From Candidatus Eiseniibacteriota bacterium (GTDB lineage Bacteria > Eisenbacteria > RBG-16-71-46), in contig JBBRLX010000025.1 of assembly GCA_038231135.1 (NCBI GenBank), positions 772 through 64,771 of the forward strand: a DNA stretch of 64,000 nt, given 5' to 3'. Position numbers and translations under genes: made by a program. Of the stretch, positions 56,252 through 64,000 are shown piece by piece; position 1 is the first letter of the stretch, and each line of letters opens with the position of its first letter. The notes beneath the pieces were generated by a model, which searched no databases, had not been told where the DNA came from, and saw only the letters and a list, made by a program, of their open reading frames with translations.

Positions 56252-58291
56252 ATGAACCGAGCCGACGCCCGCAAGCGCATCGAACGCCTGTCGCGAGAGA
56301 TTCAGGAGCACGATCAGCGCTACTACGGCGAGGACCGGCCGACGATCTCGGACGCCGACTACGACGTGCTGTTGCGGGAGCTGACCGCGCTCGAAACGGA
56401 GTTCCCCAACCTCAAGCTGCCGGACTCTCCCACGCTGCGGGTGGGCTCGGCGATGCGCACGGCGTTCAAGAAGGTGCCGCACGTGGCGCCGATGACGTCG
56501 CTCGATTCGCTGATGGCGGCCGACGACGTGCGCGAGTTCGACGCGCGCGTGCGCAAGGGGCTCGAGCTCGACGCGGTCGAATACTGGGCCGAGCCCAAGT
56601 TCGACGGGCTGTCGATCGAGCTGGTATACGAGGACGGCGTGTTCGTGCGCGGCTCGACCCGCGGCAACGGCGAGGTTGGCGAGGACATCACCGAGAACCT
56701 GCGCACGATCCGCTCGATCCCGTTGCGGCTCCGCAAGCGCGCCGCGGGCGAACCGAAGGCGCCGGTCACCGCGGGCACGATCTCGGTGCGCGGCGAGGCG
56801 CTGATCCCGCGCATGGAGTTCGAGCAGGTGAACAAGCAGCTGATCGAGGCCGGCGACGAGCCGTTCGCGAACGCGCGCAACGCCGCGGCGGGCACCGTGC
56901 GCCAGCTCGATCCGCGCATCACCGCGTCGCGCGGTCTCAGCTTCTATGCGTACGAGATGGTGTTCGCGCACGCAGGCCTGTTCGCCGAACACGCGCCCGA
57001 GACCCAGCAGCAGGCCACCGAGGTGCTGCGCGCGTGGGGGTTCCTCGTTGAACGGTCGGCCAGGTTGTGCGCGGGGCTCGACGACGTGTTCGCGTTCCAC
57101 GCGGCACTCGAGGCGCGGCGCGAGACGCTGGAGTTCGAGATCGACGGCGCGGTGATCAAGGTGAACCGCCGCGACTGGCAGCACACGCTTGGCGCGCGCT
57201 CGCGCAGCCCGCGCTGGGCGGTGGCCTACAAGTTCCCGCCGCGGGTCGAGATCACGCGTGTGCTCGACATCGTGGTGCAGGTCGGCCGCACGGGGAAACT
57301 GACGCCGGTGGCGCAGCTCGAGCCGGTGAACGTGTCGGGAGTGACGGTGGCGCGCGCGACGCTCCACAACCAGGACGAGGTTACGCGCAAGGACGTGCGG
57401 GTCGGCGACACGGTGCGGGTCCGCCGCGCGGGCGACGTGATCCCCGAGGTGGTGGAGGTGATCGTGGACCGGCGGCCGCGCGGCACGGAGCCGTTCACGA
57501 TGCCCGCGAAGTGCCCGGTGTGCGGGGCGCCCGTGCAGCGCGAGGGCGCCTATCACCTGTGCACGAACGGCCTCGCCTGCCCCGCTCAGCTCGAGGGCCA
57601 CATCCATCATTTCGTGTCGCGCGGGGCCATGGACATCGTCGGCCTCGGCGGCAAGACCGTGCGGCAGCTGCTCGACTTGAAGCTGGTGCGCGACATCGCC
57701 GACCTCTACCACCTCACGCCGATCGACCTGGCGTCGCTCGAGGGCTTCGCGGAGAAGTCGATCGACAACCTGATGGCGGCGCTCGAGGCCAGCAAGCGGC
57801 CGCGGCTCGACCGGTTTCTGTACGCGCTCGGCATCGAGCACGTGGGCGGCACCGTCGCCGGCCTGTTGGCCGAGCACTACCGCGGCATCGAGCCGCTCTA
57901 CGAGGCCGATCTGGAGGCGCTGCAGGAGATCCACGGCATCGGCCCCGAGGTCGCGGAGGCGGTGCACCGGTTCTTCTCGAGCCCCCGCACGCGCAAGGTG
58001 CTCGACCGCCTGTTCCAGGCCGGCGTCCGGCCGCAGGTGCCGGCGAAACCGCGCGGGCCGCAGCCGCTGGCAGGCGAGATCATGGTGTTCACCGGCTCGC
58101 TCGAGACCATGACCCGTCCCGAGGCGCAGCGCCGCGCGGAGTCCGCCGGCGCGCGCATCGCGAGCGTGATCACCCGGCGGGTGACGCTGGTCGTGGCCGG
58201 CCCGGGCGCGGGCTCCAAGCTCGACGAGGCGGCCAGGCTCGGGCTCACGGTGATCGACGAGCGGCAGTTCCTGAAGCGGGTGGCAGGATGA
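56252..58291 (+). CDS. ligA: NAD-dependent DNA ligase
   Basis: EPKFDG, STRGNG, VRGE, NARNAAAG, IDGAVIK, VGRTG, C4 zinc finger, HhH and BRCT. Confidence 0.96.
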   Translation: MNRADARKRIERLSREIQEHDQRYYGEDRPTISDADYDVLLRELTALETEFPNLKLPDSPTLRVGSAMRTAFKKVPHVAPMTSLDSLMAADDVREFDARVRKGLELDAVEYWAEPKFDGLSIELVYEDGVFVRGSTRGNGEVGEDITENLRTIRSIPLRLRKRAAGEPKAPVTAGTISVRGEALIPRMEFEQVNKQLIEAGDEPFANARNAAAGTVRQLDPRITASRGLSFYAYEMVFAHAGLFAEHAPETQQQATEVLRAWGFLVERSARLCAGLDDVFAFHAALEARRETLEFEIDGAVIKVNRRDWQHTLGARSRSPRWAVAYKFPPRVEITRVLDIVVQVGRTGKLTPVAQLEPVNVSGVTVARATLHNQDEVTRKDVRVGDTVRVRRAGDVIPEVVEVIVDRRPRGTEPFTMPAKCPVCGAPVQREGAYHLCTNGLACPAQLEGHIHHFVSRGAMDIVGLGGKTVRQLLDLKLVRDIADLYHLTPIDLASLEGFAEKSIDNLMAALEASKRPRLDRFLYALGIEHVGGTVAGLLAEHYRGIEPLYEADLEALQEIHGIGPEVAEAVHRFFSSPRTRKVLDRLFQAGVRPQVPAKPRGPQPLAGEIMVFTGSLETMTRPEAQRRAESAGARIASVITRRVTLVVAGPGAGSKLDEAARLGLTVIDERQFLKRVAG

Positions 58292-60021
58292 CCAACGACC
58301 AGATCGGCCGGATGTTCGGATTGATCGCCACCGGGCTCGAGCTCGACGGCGGCAATCCGTTCCGCATCCGTGCGTATCAGGAGGCCGCGCGGATCATCGA
58401 GAGCCATCCCGAGCCGATGGCGAACATCGCGGCGCAGCCGGGGAAGCTCGAGGCCATCAAGGGCATCGGCAAGGACCTCGCGCAGAAGATCCGCGACATC
58501 GTCACCACCGGCACCACGCCGATGTACGAGGAGGTGTGCGGCAAGTACCCGGCCGAGGTGCTCGCGCTGACGTCGATCCCGGGACTCGGGCCCAAGCGCG
58601 TGAAGGTGCTGTTCGAGACGCTGGGCGTGCGCAATCGCGCGGACCTCGAAGTGGCGGCGGCCGCGGGCAGGGTGCGCGCGCTGCCGAAGTTCGGCGCGGC
58701 CGTCGAGCAGAACATCATGAAGGCGCTCGCCGCCACCGCCGCCACGCACGAGGACGCGCGCACGCTGCTCGCCGCGGTGTGGGTGACGGCGCACGACCTC
58801 GCCGGGTTCGTACGCAAGGTGCCGGGCGTTACGGCGGTCGAGATTGCGGGGTCGTTCCGGCGCCGCCGCGAGACGGTGGGTGACCTCGACCTGCTGGCGA
58901 CGGGCGGCGACGCGGCGGCCGTGATGGACGCGTTCACGACGCATCCCTACGTGGCGATGGTGCTCGGCAAGGGCGACACCAAGTCGTCGGTGCGGCTCGC
59001 GAACGGCATGCAGGTGGATCTGCGGCGGGTCCCGCCCGAATCCTATGGCGCCGCACTGCTGTACTTCACCGGCAGCAAGGCGCACAACATCGCGCTGCGC
59101 CGCATCGCGATCGACAAGGGCTGGTCGCTCAACGAATACGGCCTCACCGGCAATGGCGCCGTGGTCGCGGGGCGGACCGAGGAGGACATCTACCGGGCGC
59201 TGGGCATGGCGTGGATCCCACCCGAGCTGCGCGAGGCGTCGGGCGAGATCGAACACGCGATCGAAGGCACGCTGCCGCGGCTTATCGAGGTGTCCGATCT
59301 GCGCGCGGATCTCCACGTGCACACGAACCGCACCGACGGCTCGCTGCCGCTCGACGGCATGGTGCGCGCGGCGCGCGACCTGGGCTACTCGTACATGGCG
59401 ATCACGGATCACTCGAAGGCGCTGGCGATGGCGCGCGGCTTCGACGCGGCCCGCGTGCGCCAGTCCGTGGAGGAGATCGCCGCGGTTCGGAAGGAGGTGC
59501 CGGGCATCAAGGTGCTGCACGGGCTCGAGGTCGACATCCTCGCCGACGGCACGCTCGACCTCGACGACGACACGCTCGCGCTGCTCGACTGGGTGATCGT
59601 GTCGCTGCACTCGCGGCTCGATCAACCCGCCGACCAGGCGACGGCGCGGGTGCTGCGCGCGATCTCCCACCCCGCCGTGCACGCCATGGGGCATCCCACC
59701 GGGCGGCGCATCGGCGTGCGCGAGCCGGCGAAGTTCGACTGTGAGCAGGTGTTCACGCTTGCCGCCGAGCGCGGCGTGGCGATGGAGATCAACGCCCAGC
59801 CCGACCGCACCGACCTGTCGGACGTGAACGCCAAGCTCGCCCGCGAGAAGGGCGTGCGGTTCGTGATCGACACCGACGCCCACAGCCTGCGCGACTACTC
59901 GTTCATGCAGTACGGCGTGTTCTCGGCGCGGCGGGCGTGGCTCGAGCCGCAGCACGTGCTGAACGCCCTGCCGTTCGGGAAATTCGAGGCCTGGCGTAAA
60001 GCGCGGCGCAGGAGCAAGTAG
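58288..60021 (+). CDS. polX: DNA polymerase X / PHP 3'-5' exonuclease
   Basis: [31 protein letters not shown] and PHP motifs DLHVHT, TDHS, GHPTGR, DTDAH. ATGA overlap with ligA. Confidence 0.94.
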   Translation: MTNDQIGRMFGLIATGLELDGGNPFRIRAYQEAARIIESHPEPMANIAAQPGKLEAIKGIGKDLAQKIRDIVTTGTTPMYEEVCGKYPAEVLALTSIPGLGPKRVKVLFETLGVRNRADLEVAAAAGRVRALPKFGAAVEQNIMKALAATAATHEDARTLLAAVWVTAHDLAGFVRKVPGVTAVEIAGSFRRRRETVGDLDLLATGGDAAAVMDAFTTHPYVAMVLGKGDTKSSVRLANGMQVDLRRVPPESYGAALLYFTGSKAHNIALRRIAIDKGWSLNEYGLTGNGAVVAGRTEEDIYRALGMAWIPPELREASGEIEHAIEGTLPRLIEVSDLRADLHVHTNRTDGSLPLDGMVRAARDLGYSYMAITDHSKALAMARGFDAARVRQSVEEIAAVRKEVPGIKVLHGLEVDILADGTLDLDDDTLALLDWVIVSLHSRLDQPADQATARVLRAISHPAVHAMGHPTGRRIGVREPAKFDCEQVFTLAAERGVAMEINAQPDRTDLSDVNAKLAREKGVRFVIDTDAHSLRDYSFMQYGVFSARRAWLEPQHVLNALPFGKFEAWRKARRRSK

Positions 60022-60038
60022 TCCTCACGAAATACGGC

Positions 60039-62867
60039 GTGTCGCCCCTGGAGGAATTCGTCATCATGTCCATGTCCCCGCCGCTTTGCCGCTCGCTCGC
60101 ATTCGCGTGGCTCGTCCCGGTGCTGTTGGGGAGCTTCGCCCCGGCAGCACACGCCGCCACCACCGACGCAACGCTGTTCGCGCCCGTGGCCGCGCAATTC
60201 GCGGCCGATTCGGCCCGCGCCGCCGCAAATCGGGGGGCGCCCGACGTGGCCACGGTGAGCGCCATGCTCCGGTGCGGACGCATTGACGACGCGGCGGCGA
60301 GTCTGTCGCACGCCGCCGCGGATCCGGCTCAGGTCGCGTGGCTGCGGCTGCGCGTCGCGCTCGCCCGCCAGGACTTCGCCACCGCGAAGCCGCTGGCGCA
60401 GGCGGTCGGCGCGCGGCCGAACGCGCGCGACGTGTCGCGGGCGCTGTGGTTCATCTACCTGTTCGACGTGGACGACGCGGAGCAGGTCGATCGCTTTACT
60501 CACTCGCTGTCCGTGGCGCCGGGGACCACGGCGCCGCTGCCCGACCTGCTGGCGGCCGGCCGGCTCGCGTTCAACCTGCTGAACTACGACCGGGCGGAAT
60601 CGTGCTGGACCCGCGCGCTCGAGCGCACCGAGGCCGCGCACGATTCGGGCTTCGCGCGCGCGGCGCGGGCCGCGGCGCTCACCGGGCTGGGCCAGGTGCT
60701 GGGCAAGCGGCGCGACTACGACGGTGCGCTGGCGCGCCAGCGTGACGCCGTCGCGCTCGACGCCACCGACGAGGCGCTGCTGGCGCTGTCCGAGACGTTG
60801 ATCCGGCTCGGCCGCACCGACAACGCGATCACCGCCGCGGAATGGGGCGTGCGCGTCCAGCCCTACTCCGATGCCGCTCATTACCTGCTCGGCAACGGGT
60901 ACGCTCGCAAGAACTATACAGAACTGTTCAACGCCTATCCGGCCACGTTCGCCGATGGCGAGGGGCGGCTGGCGCTGGCCCATGCCGACAGCCTGCTCGC
61001 ACGCGGCAACCGCGCGGGCGCGCGTGCCGCCTACACGGCGGTGGTCAAGGCCCACGGCGGGTGGGTGGACGCACGCGTGCGCCTGGCGTCGCTCGATTTC
61101 GAGGACGGTCGCTTCGAGGCGTCGCGCGACGGCTGCTTCGCCGCGCTGCGCGGCTGCCCCGAATACGGCCGCGCCCATGCCACGCTCGCCAAGGCGCTCG
61201 AGTTCCAGCGCTTCGTGGTGGACGTCCATCGCGCAGCTTACGAGCGGCGGTTCGCCGCGGCACCCATGCCGAAGGTGCCCGGCATCGAGACGTTCGTGCT
61301 CAACTGGCATGCGTTGTCGCCGCGCCATCAGAAACGCGTGGCGCTGTCGGTCGCGCCGTGGAAGCAGTTCGTGCCGGTGCTGATCGCCGGCGGCTCGAGC
61401 TTCTACATCAAGCCGCTGTGGATGCTGCTGTCCGAGACGCCCGGGCTCGAGACGCTGCGCGACACGCGCATCAGCTACGACTCGCGACTGTGGGACGACG
61501 TGCGCGGCGCTGGGGGCTTCAACACCGTGACCGGCATCGAGGATGTCGAGCGCACGATCTTCGACCGCTACAACACGGTGCTCCACGAACTCACCCACCA
61601 GGTGCACGGCGTGCTCACCGCCGACCAGGGGCGCGATATCCAGGAGCACTACCGGCGCGCGAAGGAGCGCGACGACGCTTCCAGGAACGGCTATTTATCG
61701 CGCTACGCCGGCGGCAGCGTGTTCGAGTACTTCGCCGAGGGCGCGAATTCGCTGTACTCGCCCAAGCGCGACGCGTGGGACCCGCGCGAGGTCGTGCGCG
61801 AACGGCTCGATGCGATCGACCCCGACCTGCGGAAGCTGGTGGAACGTGACATGGCGATCACCGACGTCGGCCCCAGCTACCCCGTGGCCTATACGAACGC
61901 CGGCAACGACCGCGTCGAGAAGGGCGACGCGCACGCGGCACTGGCGTTCTTCGACAAGGCGCTGGCGCGGAACCCGCGCGAGGAGACGGCGCTGCAGTCG
62001 CTGGCCTACGCGCGCGCGCTCACCGGCGACCGCGACGGCGCGGTGGAGGCGGCACATCGCGGCCTCGACGCGCATCCGACGAGCGGCGGCATCGTTGCGG
62101 GTGCGGCCGAGGCGCTGTGGCACGGCGGCCGCGGGCTGGATTCGGCGATCGTGCTGGTCGCGCAGCGCGGCTCCGGCGTGCGCGCCGAGGACCGTTATCT
62201 CGTGAACCTGGAACTGGGCAAACTCGCGCTGACGGGCGGCGACGGAGCGCGGGCGCAGGCGGCGTTCGATTCGGTGCTGGGTTATCAGTCCGACAATCCC
62301 GAAGCATTATGGGGCGCGGCGTCGGCCCAGGCGCTCGAGCGCCACTGGGACAAGGCATTCGACTTCTACGAGCGCGCCGTGCGGATGCGCACCGGGATCG
62401 CGGACCTGCGCTGCGATTACGCGCGGGACCTGATCCTCGCCGGTCGCGCGAAGGACGCGGGCGCCCAGCTCGACGCCGCTGCGCTGCTCGATCCCGAGCA
62501 CCCGACCGCCGAGGCGCTGCGCGGCTGGCGGATCCTCGCCATGGGCAACGCCGATTCCGCGGCGTTCCACGCCCGGCGGGCGATCACCTGGGGCGAGTGG
62601 TCGGATCTCGGGAGCATCGTGCTGGGCACGGCCCTCATGAAACAGGGAGACAAGGCCGGCGCCGAAGCCGCGTGGAAGCCGGTGCGCGACCGCATCGCGC
62701 TGGCGTCACCGCCGGAATACGTCTACCGGAAGCAGCAGTCGGTATGGGTGTCGGTGCACGAGCTGCCGGCATACGAGCGGGAATTGCTGAGCGCGAACGC
62801 CGCGCGTGCGGTCTCGGACGTTCCACCATCGGGTCGTTCGCGACCCGCGAAACCGTCGAAGCGCTGA
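60039..62867 (+). CDS. Secreted TPR protein with a central zincin-like metallopeptidase motif
   Basis: Signal peptide ending AHA, TPR-like repeats on both sides of HELTH...EYFAEG. Start may be ATG 60066. Confidence 0.78.
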   Translation: MSPLEEFVIMSMSPPLCRSLAFAWLVPVLLGSFAPAAHAATTDATLFAPVAAQFAADSARAAANRGAPDVATVSAMLRCGRIDDAAASLSHAAADPAQVAWLRLRVALARQDFATAKPLAQAVGARPNARDVSRALWFIYLFDVDDAEQVDRFTHSLSVAPGTTAPLPDLLAAGRLAFNLLNYDRAESCWTRALERTEAAHDSGFARAARAAALTGLGQVLGKRRDYDGALARQRDAVALDATDEALLALSETLIRLGRTDNAITAAEWGVRVQPYSDAAHYLLGNGYARKNYTELFNAYPATFADGEGRLALAHADSLLARGNRAGARAAYTAVVKAHGGWVDARVRLASLDFEDGRFEASRDGCFAALRGCPEYGRAHATLAKALEFQRFVVDVHRAAYERRFAAAPMPKVPGIETFVLNWHALSPRHQKRVALSVAPWKQFVPVLIAGGSSFYIKPLWMLLSETPGLETLRDTRISYDSRLWDDVRGAGGFNTVTGIEDVERTIFDRYNTVLHELTHQVHGVLTADQGRDIQEHYRRAKERDDASRNGYLSRYAGGSVFEYFAEGANSLYSPKRDAWDPREVVRERLDAIDPDLRKLVERDMAITDVGPSYPVAYTNAGNDRVEKGDAHAALAFFDKALARNPREETALQSLAYARALTGDRDGAVEAAHRGLDAHPTSGGIVAGAAEALWHGGRGLDSAIVLVAQRGSGVRAEDRYLVNLELGKLALTGGDGARAQAAFDSVLGYQSDNPEALWGAASAQALERHWDKAFDFYERAVRMRTGIADLRCDYARDLILAGRAKDAGAQLDAAALLDPEHPTAEALRGWRILAMGNADSAAFHARRAITWGEWSDLGSIVLGTALMKQGDKAGAEAAWKPVRDRIALASPPEYVYRKQQSVWVSVHELPAYERELLSANAARAVSDVPPSGRSRPAKPSKR

Positions 62868-63036
62868 CGTAGCCGAAGGCAATTTCCCCTCGGAATTGCG
62901 CAGCGAACGTGCCATCTCGGCTCGCGTCCCATGCTCGTCAACAGGTTCCAGAACCAGTTGGGCGCCGGCGCCAAACGCCAACGCGATGCGGGGACCTGAA
63001 TTCCTCAGGCCCCCGCATCGCAATCGGACGTGCGTC

Positions 63037-64000
63037 TAGTGTTCCGTAATCGAAGTCATGTTAACGCCTGACGGCCTTGCGGATGATGTCAGCAGGCTCT
63101 TTGGTCCACACGAACGGCGTGGAGTCCTGATTCCAATGGTCGATGTAGTGGGCAATGTGGCGAATCAGGGCGCGCACGGTGTTGAAGGAGCCGCGACGGA
63201 TAGACTTGCGCGTCAGGATGCCGAACCACGCTTCGACCATGTTGAGCCACGACGCACCGGTGGGCGTGAAGTGGAAGTGAACGCGCGGGTGGCGCTCCAG
63301 CCAGTCCTTCACCGCCGGCGTCGAGTGCGTGGACGAGTTGTCGAGGATCACATGCAACTCGCGTCGGCGATAGCGCCGTTCGACCTGCTTGATGAATGCG
63401 AGGAAGTCCAGCCCGGTGTGATGTTCGCGGCACTCGCCGATGACCCGGCCACTGGCGACTTCGAGCGCGGCATACAAGCTGGTCAGTCCGTTGCGTTCGT
63501 AGTCATGCGTCTGACGCGCGGGCAACCCGGGCCGCAGCGGCAAGATCGGCTGGGTGCGATTGAGCGCCTGAATCTGTGTCTTCTCATCGAGACTGAGCAC
63601 GACGGCCTTGCTCGGCGGGTTGAGGTAGAGCCCGACAATGTCGTGGATCTTCTCCTCGGCCAGCGGGTCGGTGGTGAACTTGAAGGTCTCCACCCGGTGC
63701 GGTTGCAGCGCGTGGGCCTGCCACAGCCGGTGAACGGTAGTGTGCGAGATGCCGGTGCGATTCGCCAGGTCCCGAGTGGTCCAGTGCGTATGCCCAGCCG
63801 CCGGACGTTTCAGAGTCATCGCCACAACCTGCGCACGCTTGCGAGCACTGATCGTGGTGGGTCGCCCCGAGCGAGGCCGCTCCTGAATGCCGGCCAGACC
63901 GCCTTCGGCAAACCGGCGACGGATGCGACTCACCTGCACCACGGTATAGCCGATGCGGTGGGCGACCTCGACGCCAGGGAGACCCTCGATCATCAGCAAC
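63037..64000 (-). mobile_element. IS630-family insertion sequence (partial; 5' part outside the window)
   Basis: The element end reads ...GGAACACTAG on the minus strand (TA target) just past the transposase stop. Confidence 0.85.
63061..64000 (-). CDS. IS630 family transposase (N-terminus truncated by window edge)
   Basis: HTH with RSGRP, WTTRDLA and the DDE triad SLDEK / ILDNSSTH / SWLNMVE. Confidence 0.93.
   Translation of the reverse strand, partial: LLMIEGLPGVEVAHRIGYTVVQVSRIRRRFAEGGLAGIQERPRSGRPTTISARKRAQVVAMTLKRPAAGHTHWTTRDLANRTGISHTTVHRLWQAHALQPHRVETFKFTTDPLAEEKIHDIVGLYLNPPSKAVVLSLDEKTQIQALNRTQPILPLRPGLPARQTHDYERNGLTSLYAALEVASGRVIGECREHHTGLDFLAFIKQVERRYRRRELHVILDNSSTHSTPAVKDWLERHPRVHFHFTPTGASWLNMVEAWFGILTRKSIRRGSFNTVRALIRHIAHYIDHWNQDSTPFVWTKEPADIIRKAVRR

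Noticed and set aside
3061-62872. Many long alternative-frame and antisense ORFs (e.g. 39110..42367, 39033..41996, 34525..37101, 43260..45725, 31538..33769)
   Set aside because: Arg/Ala/Gly/Pro-rich shadow ORFs expected at high GC. They overlap well-supported genes and lack family motifs.
62706-63035. Short minus-strand ORFs next to the IS630 end
   Set aside because: No recognisable motifs, and they overlap the TPR gene end. They could be the stub of an IS-interrupted gene but are unsupported.
1-64000. tRNA or rRNA genes
   Set aside because: No cloverleaf or rRNA-like sequence recognised in the intergenic regions by eye.

Overview
A GC-rich bacterial chromosomal window with about 46 coding regions. 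Its secreted proteins carry FlgD-Ig/'PNP' C-terminal domains and a C-terminal (S/T)WGx(I/L)KxxYR motif, which suggests an FCB-associated lineage such as Candidatus Eisenbacteria (inference, not checked). Housekeeping and metabolic genes: BaiN/HI0933 flavoprotein, lat-lrp, thrH, udgB, KimA-like APC transporter, fabI, MATE, an RND pump pair, AKR, FdhF/YdeP oxidoreductase, glpD-glpK with a lipase, MEMO1/AmmeMemo B and ligA-polX. Accessory elements: a HigBA-like TA pair at the left edge, a decayed HNH/DUF222-like gene with embedded palindromes, a nested inverted-repeat element, two frameshifted secreted-protein genes and an IS630 at the right edge. The main candidates for new biology are: (1) a shared C-terminal sorting-like motif on unrelated secreted proteins; (2) a cobalamin-riboswitch operon of BtuB plus a non-lipoprotein BtuG-like propeller with an export-type CTD; (3) a BNR propeller with a histone-like tail translationally coupled to a ubiquitin-like MoaD/ThiS protein; (4) six sigma54-type promoters, five before secreted proteins or pilins and one orphan before a possible sRNA; (5) a membrane-anchored RNase-toxin-like gene with a candidate immunity partner; (6) tandem secreted N/G/D-rich paralogs. 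All calls come from reading motifs by eye; no database searches were run.
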